From an uncultured Gammaproteobacteria bacterium (lineage in GTDB: Bacteria > Patescibacteriota > Microgenomatia > Curtissbacterales > GWA2-41-24): a DNA stretch of 29,524 nt. Position numbers and translations under genes: made by a program. This document shows positions 8,153 through 16,409 of the stretch, one piece after another (the first letter of the stretch is position 1; every line of letters begins with the position of its first letter). The stretch spans positions 1-29,524 of the forward strand of contig CAYMGH010000003.1 of the NCBI GenBank assembly GCA_964389935.1, written 5' to 3'. The notes under the pieces are model-generated. The model did not search any database and had not been told where the DNA came from. It saw nothing but the letters and a program-made list of their open reading frames with translations.

Positions 8153-9160
8153 AAACATTTTAATCAGCCTTTTATCATACGTATGTTCGAGATTTACCCT
8201 GGCAAAACCTTTTTGCGCGATATTAGTTCTTTCTTGTTCATTTTTTAAAAAATACAGGACTTTTTCTTTCAAATCTTTTAAATCTTTGTAGCAAACAATT
8301 TCTTTTTCTACTTCAAATAAATTAGTCAAATCTTTTCTAAAATCACTTAGTAAAAATTGCTTGGCCCCTGTCACCTCAAAACACCTAAGATTTGCGCCCT
8401 CAGTTTTTTTCGATTTGGCTTGGTGGATGTTAACTATCACTTTGCTCCTGTAAAAGACATTGAGCATTTCACTTTGATTCAACCATTTTCCTCGAAAGTG
8501 ATCTTTTAAACTGCTTTTCGCCCACATTGAATTACCCCAAATATACAGAGGCATACCTTCAAGACTTGCTAATATTTTTTCCCTATCTGGAGAATATGAA
8601 CCTATGAAAGTTATCGGGTAAAGCTTTGTAAATCTCTTCTTTGGAGGAACTGTTTCTGCGGCGAATGGTAAATAATTAACATTTTCAAATCCTTTCTTTC
8701 TCAATTTGGAAATTTCATAGGCGTCGCTTTGAAAAGCAAATTTATATGCTTTAATTGAAGTGATTATTTTTGTATCATTGTTGAAATAATCTGGGTACCA
8801 GTTAATGGTTATTAATCCCTTCCTGTTAAGATAACTTACCGTTTCCGGTTGAATCAATTCACCTTTTACTACAAAAATTGTGGAGGCATCTATTTTTTTT
8901 GCTTTATTTATCAGTCTGGTGTTAATATTTTGGATCGCAATTTCGCGTGTAAAAGGTAAGATTTTAGATATCAGAAAAAATATTTTCTCTGTCAGATTTG
9001 TTTTCCTGTAATCAAATTCAAATGCTTTAAAGCCAAGTCTTTTAAGTGCGGATAATATCGGCTTCCTAAAAGAAGAGTTGTCAGGAACTACTAATAGCAT
9101 ATTTTTGTTTTTAATTTTCTTGAGTCTAGTCGAAAGACTTTTCGATCTTCTGGAAAACAT
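8123..9160 (-). CDS. CgeB-like glycosyltransferase (GT-B, Glyco_trans_1_2 type)
   Basis: NWYPD, YLPFAA, ITFIGSYSPDRE, YRSKVIVNIH, ANLRCFEVTGAKQFLLSD, HTYDKR. Confidence 0.75.
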   Translation of the reverse strand: MFSRRSKSLSTRLKKIKNKNMLLVVPDNSSFRKPILSALKRLGFKAFEFDYRKTNLTEKIFFLISKILPFTREIAIQNINTRLINKAKKIDASTIFVVKGELIQPETVSYLNRKGLITINWYPDYFNNDTKIITSIKAYKFAFQSDAYEISKLRKKGFENVNYLPFAAETVPPKKRFTKLYPITFIGSYSPDREKILASLEGMPLYIWGNSMWAKSSLKDHFRGKWLNQSEMLNVFYRSKVIVNIHQAKSKKTEGANLRCFEVTGAKQFLLSDFRKDLTNLFEVEKEIVCYKDLKDLKEKVLYFLKNEQERTNIAQKGFARVNLEHTYDKRLIKMFSIINSKSLE

Positions 9161-9185
9161 AACTTAGAATTCTCACATCAAGCTC

Positions 9186-9941
9186 TTAAGTACTATGAGG
9201 GACGTTATTCCTTTGAATTGAGAGGGATGATTTTTTAGTAGCAACAAAATAAATCTCGGAGCATAATTCGGGAAAGTCATTTCCAACAATATAGAGTGCA
9301 TCTATAATCTTTTTGGGCCATTTTAACATCTGGGCATTAGAGAGAGGCTTTAAGAATATACCGGTCCTTATAATAGTTTTAAGATTTGCCGCCTTAATGT
9401 CTCTTGCAAGGGTTGACCTTATATAAACTCTCCGGTGGCCAACTTGAATATCATGATCATCTAAATCAGTTCTATTTTTGATAATATGCATAGCCTGACC
9501 AATTCTCCTATTTAAAGAATCAGCATTCGGGACAACAATATGAATTCTTCCATTGGGCTTGAGCCACCTATTGGCTTTTTTTAGAATTCTAACCGGTGAA
9601 GATACATGCTCGAGAACTCTGGTCATGATGATGTCGTTATACTTTATTCTAGATTCGAAGTCTTCAAATAGACTCTTGAAAACTTTTACATTTTGAAGAT
9701 TTTTATTGTCAACCATTTTGATATATCTGCGCGATGCTTCTACAACATGCACCGATTTAAACTTTCTTGATAGAATTTCTGTCATCAAACCGTCTGCGCT
9801 ACCTAGTTCTAAGACATCAGGGCCCTTTGCATTACTCAAGATTTTTCGAGAGCCAAATTCTATTAAGAATTTATCAAAACTTTTTTTGGCAGAGTATAAT
9901 TTTGAGACCTTATCTAGTCTCTCCTTTTCACTTAGTTTCAT
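9186..9941 (-). CDS. Class I SAM-dependent methyltransferase
   Basis: VLELGSADG, VVEAS, VLEHV, WLKPNGRIHIVVPNA, GHRRVY. Confidence 0.85.
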   Translation of the reverse strand: MKLSEKERLDKVSKLYSAKKSFDKFLIEFGSRKILSNAKGPDVLELGSADGLMTEILSRKFKSVHVVEASRRYIKMVDNKNLQNVKVFKSLFEDFESRIKYNDIIMTRVLEHVSSPVRILKKANRWLKPNGRIHIVVPNADSLNRRIGQAMHIIKNRTDLDDHDIQVGHRRVYIRSTLARDIKAANLKTIIRTGIFLKPLSNAQMLKWPKKIIDALYIVGNDFPELCSEIYFVATKKSSLSIQRNNVPHST

Positions 9942-10961
9942 TCAGATTTTGAATCTTTCCCAGACTCCTTTATGTTGTTTTAACCAATCGAATTCTCTTT
10001 TGATGCCCTCCGCAAGGTTGGTTCTGGGTTGCCACCCGAGCATTCTTTTTGCGAGTGTATTGTCAAGCCACATAACTTTCAACTCAGCAGGTAATCTTAC
10101 TCTCCTGTGCACATACTTAGAAAAATCTCCTTCATGAACATTTTCGTGGATAATTTTTATTTGGGGATTAATATTATTCACCACAATGCGGGCAAGGTCG
10201 TTAATTGATGTGGCTTTGCCTGTTGAAACATTGTAAGTGTGACATCCGGATAGGTTTGATTCCAAAACGCGATTGTGGAGAGACACAACATCCTCTACAT
10301 AAATAAAATCTCTCAGTTGTTTACCGTCTCCAAATATAATAAGAGGTAGACTTTCAAAAGCTCTTTTCAAAAAGATCGTAAGAACTCTTCCATACCACTC
10401 ATTAGGACCGTACACTATAGAATAACGAAGATTGATAATGGAAAGTTTATAATCGTTGGCAAAAATATTTAGATATTTTTCAGCCGCAAGTTTTGAAGCC
10501 CCATAAGCCCAATTTGGGTCTGTAGGCGATTTCTCGCTTGATGCCTTTTTTAGAATGTTTTGCCCATACACGCAGGCTGAGGAAGCATTAATGATCTTAG
10601 GTATTTTGTTTTCGATAGCTGCTTTTGCGACATTTATTGTACCTAATAAATTAATATTAACGTCCAAGGTTAAATCCTTATTGCCTTTTATAAGTTCAAG
10701 TTGCGCTGCCTGATGAGATATTACATCAAATCCCCTGCTAGCCTCCTTTAGTCTTTTATAGTTTAGAACGTCTCCTTTAATAAAATTGATTTTTGATCTG
10801 ATCTTTCCGAGGTTCTCTAGTCTTCCAGCTGATAAATTGTCGTAAACGGTTATTTGGACACCTTTTTTGATTAATGATTTTGCAATGTGCGAGCCGATGA
10901 ATCCAGCGCCTCCGGTTATGAAAAGTCGTAAACCATTCAATTTAGGGGGGTTAGTTTTCAC
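9942..10961 (-). CDS. NAD-dependent epimerase/dehydratase (UDP-hexose 4-epimerase-like SDR)
   Basis: ITGGAGFIGSH, YDNLSAG, HQAA, ASSACVYG, YGASK, RYSIVYGP, GDGKQLRDF. The GTG start overlaps the HAD stop. Confidence 0.85.
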   Translation of the reverse strand: MKTNPPKLNGLRLFITGGAGFIGSHIAKSLIKKGVQITVYDNLSAGRLENLGKIRSKINFIKGDVLNYKRLKEASRGFDVISHQAAQLELIKGNKDLTLDVNINLLGTINVAKAAIENKIPKIINASSACVYGQNILKKASSEKSPTDPNWAYGASKLAAEKYLNIFANDYKLSIINLRYSIVYGPNEWYGRVLTIFLKRAFESLPLIIFGDGKQLRDFIYVEDVVSLHNRVLESNLSGCHTYNVSTGKATSINDLARIVVNNINPQIKIIHENVHEGDFSKYVHRRVRLPAELKVMWLDNTLAKRMLGWQPRTNLAEGIKREFDWLKQHKGVWERFKI

Positions 10962-11523
10962 TTTGCTTCACCTTTAAATAATCCATACGCGAGTTACTAG
11001 AGACTTGTTCATCATCTTGACTGTTGCCAATCATTATAAAATCTCCATCTTGAAAGTCTGTATAGTGAGATCGAATAATAGCCATACCATCGACATTCGG
11101 TTTCAATTTCCTGACACTTTCTAATGAAACAATCAAATCGAAGTAATTTAAGAGTTTAATTTCCGACAATATTTTGGTTATTAAGGGCTTTGAGTTAGAC
11201 GAATATATAACATACATTTTACTAGGGTTTTTAGTTATAAAGTCGATCAAATTTTTATTTGCCGAGTATTTTATTAAATTATTTAATTCCAGAGTTGCTA
11301 ACAATTTATCTAGAGTTTTGGTCTTTGAATTGGTATCACTTTTATAAGCATTTATAGCCTCTTTTAGCGATTTATGTTTTTTACCACCCAAGATTTTATA
11401 TTCCGAAAAAAAACTATTTTTTAGATTTAGCCAATCTATTTCAAGGTTTATCAGTGTCCCGTCAAAATCTAATACGATAACTTTTTTCCTTCTTAATTTC
11501 TTGTCAATATAACGTTTACTCAT
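10951..11523 (-). CDS. HAD-superfamily hydrolase/phosphatase
   Basis: Motif I DFDGTL, motif II SSN, motif III KP, degenerate motif IV IGNSQDDE. Confidence 0.8.
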   Translation of the reverse strand: MSKRYIDKKLRRKKVIVLDFDGTLINLEIDWLNLKNSFFSEYKILGGKKHKSLKEAINAYKSDTNSKTKTLDKLLATLELNNLIKYSANKNLIDFITKNPSKMYVIYSSNSKPLITKILSEIKLLNYFDLIVSLESVRKLKPNVDGMAIIRSHYTDFQDGDFIMIGNSQDDEQVSSNSRMDYLKVKQSEN

Positions 11524-12475
11524 TAAAGTAGACTTCTTCCCAATAACGAGACATGACTGTTCCGTTTTTGGGAGTTAATTCTTTTTTGGAAATTTTCATG
11601 CCTAGATCTATTTTTAAATAAAGTAGAGGAATATTGACTCCGTTTTCAAAAGTTAATATGGAACCAGCACCAAATTTTGGGTTTATCTCGACAAGATAAA
11701 TTTCATCTCTTTCTTTCAAAATTTGTATGTTTGCTGGCCCGTTAAGTTTAAAAATTCTGCTTAAACGTTTTGCATAGTTAATTATTTTTGGGTCACTCAC
11801 GATTTGTCCCTGGAAAGACTGTCCATTTTTAACCCTTAATCTGAGTCTTGGAACTGCGGTTACGAATTGGTCTTTTTCGGTGTTCAAAACGTCTATAGTA
11901 AATTCCTGAGCCTTGATGTATCGTTGAATGATTGGATTTTGAACTTTTCTGAAGAAAAACTTTAATTCTTTATAGCTATCTAATCTCCATACGTCTGCTG
12001 TACCGGAACCAACGGATGGTTTGATTATTAGTGGAAAGTCATTCTTTTTTACATCCCTTATATCGAAAAAAGTTTTTGGATAACTTACTTCTTCTTTTAA
12101 GCATATGTCAATCATCTTCTTTTTATTGATGACATTTAATAAAGAAGAATATTTGCATATAAAAATTTTTACCCCTTTTTGTTTAAATAAATTTTCGTTT
12201 TTGGATAAAATTCTCAAACCTTCATTTAAAACAGGAGGGAAAATATATTGAATATTATTTTTGATGCAGTAATTGAAAAGGAATTCTATGAAATTTTTAT
12301 TACTGAATTTAGGTACTATTAATTTTTCATCTGTCAAACCGAAACCTGAAGAATAATTATCACTATCGGCGGCGATTATATGAACCGGTATTTCTTTTTG
12401 GCTCGCCAGTGATTTAATAACGCCTATAGATGGACTGGAACCTGCTGTTAATACTAAGATTTTTATTTTTTTCAC
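11516..12475 (-). CDS. ATP-grasp protein (short carbamoyl-phosphate-synthase-like form found in glycan loci)
   Basis: IIKPSVGSGT, IQRYIKAQEFTIDVL, GPANIQ, VEINPKFGAG; GTG start. Confidence 0.8.
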   Translation of the reverse strand: MKKIKILVLTAGSSPSIGVIKSLASQKEIPVHIIAADSDNYSSGFGLTDEKLIVPKFSNKNFIEFLFNYCIKNNIQYIFPPVLNEGLRILSKNENLFKQKGVKIFICKYSSLLNVINKKKMIDICLKEEVSYPKTFFDIRDVKKNDFPLIIKPSVGSGTADVWRLDSYKELKFFFRKVQNPIIQRYIKAQEFTIDVLNTEKDQFVTAVPRLRLRVKNGQSFQGQIVSDPKIINYAKRLSRIFKLNGPANIQILKERDEIYLVEINPKFGAGSILTFENGVNIPLLYLKIDLGMKISKKELTPKNGTVMSRYWEEVYFNE

Positions 12476-12503
12476 TAGCTAGACTTCTTTTAAGAATTGT
12501 TAA

Positions 12504-12512
12504 ATAATATCA
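12504..12512 (-). promoter_or_regulatory. Extended -10 candidate (TGATATTAT) for the ATP-grasp/HAD block
   Basis: TGn plus a 5/6 hexamer in the 58-bp divergent gap, 28 nt upstream of the GTG at 12475. Confidence 0.4.
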
Positions 12513-12533
12513 TCATTTGAGAACAAAAAGTAC

Positions 12534-13643
12534 GTGAACATTAAATTCGTTGATCTTGTTCGAGAAAACAAGCAGCTAAAGTCAAAGTTATTGCCTATCA
12601 TAGAAGAAGTCATTGATAAGGCTGATTTTATTTTAGGGAAATATCTTGAGAAGTTTGAGCGAAATTTTGCAGCCTACTGTGGTAAAAAATATGCTATTGG
12701 TGTGAATTCGGGAACAGACGCGCTTAGGTTAGCGCTGATTGCTTACGGCATCGGAGAAGGCGATGAAGTAATTACCGTACCGAATGGTTACTTTTCTACA
12801 GCTATGGTAATTTCTCAAATAGGAGCGATGCCTGTATTTGTTGACGTTGATCCACAAAATTATTTAATTGACGTAAGCAAATTAGAAAAAGCACTAACCC
12901 CAAAAACAAAAGCAATTGTGCCAGTTCATTTATATGGTCAAGCTGCAGAAATGGATACAATAATTAGCTTTGCTAATAAGCACGATTTGATCGTCATTGA
13001 AGATGCTTGTCAGGCACATGGGGCAGAATATAAGGGCAAAAAGGTACCGATTGCGGAAACCGGTGCTTTTAGTTTCTATCCGGGCAAAAATCTAGGATGC
13101 TTCGGGGATGGAGGAGCTTTAGTTACGGATAATCCAACAATTTATGATAAGATTCTTTATTTAAGAAATGACGGAGCAAAAAATAAATACATGCATAAAA
13201 TGTTTGGCTTTAAAAGCAGATTGGATAATTTACAAGCAGCTATATTAGATTTGAAATTGCCATATTTGGACAGATGGAACCAAAAAAGGATCGAAAATGC
13301 CAATAAATATTCGCAGTTCCTCGGTGTAATAAAAAATATCAAAATACCTAAAAGGTATAGCGACCGATCACATGTCTATCATCTTTATGTTATTGAGTGC
13401 AAAAAAAGAAATGCCTTGCAAGATTATTTAAAAAAACACGGAATAGAAACGGGAATTCATTATTCTATCCCAATCCATCTCCAAAAACCTTATAGAGATA
13501 TGGGTTACAAAAAGGGCGATTTCCCAATAACTGAAAAGAGAGCAGCTTCTGTATTATCATTACCGATGTTCCCAGAATTGAAAGAAGTAGAAATAATTTA
13601 TGTGGTAGAAAAGATTAAAAGCTTCGTCCTGAAAAATTATTAA
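12534..13643 (+). CDS. DegT/DnrJ/EryC1/StrS aminotransferase (FdtB/QdtB-like)
   Basis: MNIKFVDL, NSGTDAL, PVHLYGQ, IEDACQAHGA, FSFYPGKNLGCFGDGG (Lys185 intact, codon 13086-13088), SRLDNLQAA. Confidence 0.9.
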   Translation: MNIKFVDLVRENKQLKSKLLPIIEEVIDKADFILGKYLEKFERNFAAYCGKKYAIGVNSGTDALRLALIAYGIGEGDEVITVPNGYFSTAMVISQIGAMPVFVDVDPQNYLIDVSKLEKALTPKTKAIVPVHLYGQAAEMDTIISFANKHDLIVIEDACQAHGAEYKGKKVPIAETGAFSFYPGKNLGCFGDGGALVTDNPTIYDKILYLRNDGAKNKYMHKMFGFKSRLDNLQAAILDLKLPYLDRWNQKRIENANKYSQFLGVIKNIKIPKRYSDRSHVYHLYVIECKKRNALQDYLKKHGIETGIHYSIPIHLQKPYRDMGYKKGDFPITEKRAASVLSLPMFPELKEVEIIYVVEKIKSFVLKNY

Positions 13644-13663
13644 CTGCGGGAAATCATAGTAAA

Positions 13664-14053
13664 ATGCCAATAAAAGTAAAAAAAATAAAACCTGAGTTTA
13701 TTGACGCAAGAGGATTTATCAACAGAATCATTGACCAAAAAAAGATACCAATTAGAAGTATTCTGATAATTTCAAGCAAAGCAAAATCTGTTCGAGGAGA
13801 TCACTACCATAAGAAAGATAGCCATTATGTTTACTGCCTTTCTGGGAAATTCAAATATTCATCACGAGATAGACAAAGTTCTAGTAAAAAAATCGACTCT
13901 GTGGTCCTTGTGCCTGGAGACTTAGTTTTTACTAAACCTATGCACTGGCACTCCATGGAATTTTTGGAAGATACGGTATTTTTAGCATTTACTACCGAAA
14001 CAAGGCAGCATAATAAATACGAAGCTGATACTATAAGAGAAAAAAATTTATAG
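13664..14053 (+). CDS. Cupin-fold sugar isomerase/epimerase (FdtA/RmlC-like)
   Basis: 129 aa; DARG, RGDHYH..HY, P..WHSMEF; sits between the aminotransferase and the C-methyltransferase. Confidence 0.7.
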   Translation: MPIKVKKIKPEFIDARGFINRIIDQKKIPIRSILIISSKAKSVRGDHYHKKDSHYVYCLSGKFKYSSRDRQSSSKKIDSVVLVPGDLVFTKPMHWHSMEFLEDTVFLAFTTETRQHNKYEADTIREKNL

Positions 14054-14057
14054 ACAT

Positions 14058-15305
14058 ATGAACCCTAAAGTAAAAAAATCATTTTCCTGCAGAGCTTGTT
14101 CTAATAAAAAAATGGTTAAAGTATTATCTCTGGGAAAATCACCTCTTGCAAATTCTTTTCTTAAACCGAAAGAGTTAAAGCTGCATGAAGATTTCTTTCC
14201 CCTAGAGCTGAAGCTGTGTAAAAATTGCGGCCTTGTTCAGCTCGCGCATATCGTAAATCCCGACTTAATGTTTAGAAATTACCTCTACGTATCTTCTACT
14301 TCTAAATCCTTCGTTGAACATTTTGAAAAATTTGCGCAAAACATTTACAACAGGTTTGCTTTAATTGATAAAGATTTAGTAATCGATATAGGAAGCAACG
14401 ACGGCATTTTGCTGAAACCTTTCAAAAGACTTGGCGCTAGAACTTTGGGTGTTGACCCTGCAAAAAACGTTGCTAAAATTGCCCGCAAGTCTGGCATCGA
14501 AACCGTTGTTGATTTTTTCAATTCAGGTGTCGCAAAGCGAATTTTAAAAAAGTACGGCAAAGCCAAAATAATTACAGCCTGCAACGTTTTTGCCCATACC
14601 AACGATTGGGATGAATTTGTCAAAGGTGCAAAAATTCTGCTCACCGACGACGGAGTACTCATAATTGAGTCTCCTTATCTTTTAGACTTCATCAAAAAGA
14701 ACTTATTCGATACAGTCTATCACGAACACTTGTCTTATATAGCTCTAAATCCATTGGTTGAGTTTTTTAATAGGTTCGAAATGATTATCTTCGATGTACA
14801 GAAGGTTAGTAGTCACGGAGGTTCCATCAGAGTTTTTATCAAAAATACCAAAGGGCCCTACAAATTAGAGAGAAGAGTTAATCAATTTATGAGGAAAGAA
14901 AAAAGCAATGGCCTTGCTTTAGCTACAACATATAAGAAATTTTCAAAGAAGATCGAAATGAATAAAAAGTTGCTGGTAAAAATGCTTAATAAGCTAAAGT
15001 CCGAAGGTAAAAAAATAGCAGGATATGGAGCTCCGGCAAAAGGCAATACTCTTTTGAATTATTTCGGCTTAGGCCCCAATATAATAGATTACATTGTCGA
15101 TGATAACCCTCTAAAACAAAACTTATATACCCCCGGGGCTCATATCCAAATTTCATCTCCAAAGAAACTGAAAAAAGACAACATTGATTTTCTTTTTATT
15201 CTTGCTTGGAATTTTGCAGACTCAATTATTGCAAATAATTCTTTCCTCAGGAAAAAAGGTGTAAAATTTATCATTCCTGTCCCTATTCCAAGGATTATAA
15301 AGTGA
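14058..15305 (+). CDS. NDP-sugar C-methyltransferase with N-terminal Zn site (TylCIII/NovU/TcaB9 family)
   Basis: C11-x2-C14 and C54-x2-C57, PLANSFL, DIGSNDG, NVFAH (H180), YHEH (221-224), HGGSIR, YGAPAKGNTLLNY. Confidence 0.85.
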   Translation: MNPKVKKSFSCRACSNKKMVKVLSLGKSPLANSFLKPKELKLHEDFFPLELKLCKNCGLVQLAHIVNPDLMFRNYLYVSSTSKSFVEHFEKFAQNIYNRFALIDKDLVIDIGSNDGILLKPFKRLGARTLGVDPAKNVAKIARKSGIETVVDFFNSGVAKRILKKYGKAKIITACNVFAHTNDWDEFVKGAKILLTDDGVLIIESPYLLDFIKKNLFDTVYHEHLSYIALNPLVEFFNRFEMIIFDVQKVSSHGGSIRVFIKNTKGPYKLERRVNQFMRKEKSNGLALATTYKKFSKKIEMNKKLLVKMLNKLKSEGKKIAGYGAPAKGNTLLNYFGLGPNIIDYIVDDNPLKQNLYTPGAHIQISSPKKLKKDNIDFLFILAWNFADSIIANNSFLRKKGVKFIIPVPIPRIIK

Positions 15306-16357
15306 GAACTGACAAGATACACGAAGAGGACCTGGCAAATATCGCAAAGTCAATCAACAAATTGTCCAGAAAAATAGAGGGGAGAACTTTTCTAATTACT
15401 GGAGGTTCAGGATTTATAGGTAAGTATCTTGTTCGAACTCTTCATTTTTTAAATACTTCCAAATTAAAAAGCAGGTGCAGAATTATTTCTGTTGACAATT
15501 ATATCACCTCCTCGAGCAAACACTCTTGGTTAACCAAAAGCGGTAAGGTTGAATTTGTTAAGCATGATGTAAGCAAACCTTTCAAAACCAGTGCTGATGT
15601 TGACTATATTATTCATGCTGCCGGAATAGCATCACCCGTATACTACGGAAAATATCCTCTCGAAACAATTGATATTGCAGTTAATGGGACAAGAAATATG
15701 CTTGACTTAGCAAACAACAAAAAAGCAAAAAGTTTTCTTTTCTTCAGTTCAAGTGAAATCTATGGAGATCCAAGCGCAGACTGGATTCCAACTCCAGAAA
15801 CTTATAATGGTAATGTTTCATCTATTGGCCCAAGAGCCTGTTACGATGAGTCAAAACGTTTAGGCGAAACTTTATGTATGGCTTACTATAACCTGTTTAA
15901 AACACCAATTAAAATAGTCCGTCCATTCAATATTTTCGGACCCGGGATGGATTACAAAGATCATAGAGTAATTCCAAGTTTTATCTACAGGGCCATAAAC
16001 AATAAAGATATTTTAATACACTCGAACGGAGAGCAAACGAGAACTTTTTGTTACGTATCCGACGCAATCAGCGCCTTTTTTAAAGTGCTGCTTTCAGCAG
16101 AAAACGGACAGATTTACAACGTAGGCAACAGTGATAACGAAATATCGATGAATAGATTGGCTATTTTGATGGGCAAAGTTATAGACGAAAAGATAAAAAT
16201 CAAAAATGTTAAATATCCAAAAAATTACCCAAGGGAGGAGCCCTTAAGAAGATGTCCTGATATCACGAAAATAAGAGAGAGATTGAATTACTCTCCTAAA
16301 ATTAATTTAGAAGAAGGTTTGAAAAGAACATTTGTATGGTGTGAGGAATTCTGGTAA
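15302..16357 (+). CDS. UDP-glucuronate decarboxylase (UDP-xylose synthase)-like SDR
   Basis: TGGSGFIG, HAAGIASP..Y, SSSEIYGDP, ETYNGNVSSIGPRACYDESKRLGETL, GEQTRTFCYVSD, EEPLRRCPDI; GTGA overlap with the upstream gene. Confidence 0.75.
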   Translation: MRTDKIHEEDLANIAKSINKLSRKIEGRTFLITGGSGFIGKYLVRTLHFLNTSKLKSRCRIISVDNYITSSSKHSWLTKSGKVEFVKHDVSKPFKTSADVDYIIHAAGIASPVYYGKYPLETIDIAVNGTRNMLDLANNKKAKSFLFFSSSEIYGDPSADWIPTPETYNGNVSSIGPRACYDESKRLGETLCMAYYNLFKTPIKIVRPFNIFGPGMDYKDHRVIPSFIYRAINNKDILIHSNGEQTRTFCYVSDAISAFFKVLLSAENGQIYNVGNSDNEISMNRLAILMGKVIDEKIKIKNVKYPKNYPREEPLRRCPDITKIRERLNYSPKINLEEGLKRTFVWCEEFW

Positions 16358-16409
16358 CTCTGGATAATTTAACTTCAGTTTAGACTAAGAATATAGTGAT
16401 GAGAGGTCT

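Noticed and set aside
9130-9145. Inverted repeat TCGAAA-GACT-TTTCGA
   Set aside because: It lies inside the CgeB-like coding start, has a weak 6-bp stem and no U-tract context.
9706-10137. 143-aa plus-strand ORF, the longest shadow ORF (and nested 9767-9952)
   Set aside because: Antisense across the methyltransferase/epimerase junction; Ser/Leu/Phe-rich mirror of Lys/Glu codons; no motif.
10945-10950. G6 run near the 5' end of the epimerase (also G6 at 21863-21868 and A/T runs of 8-9 nt) as phase-variation tracts
   Set aside because: Too short for typical slipped-strand switches; all frames are intact and A/T runs are expected in Lys/Phe-rich genes.
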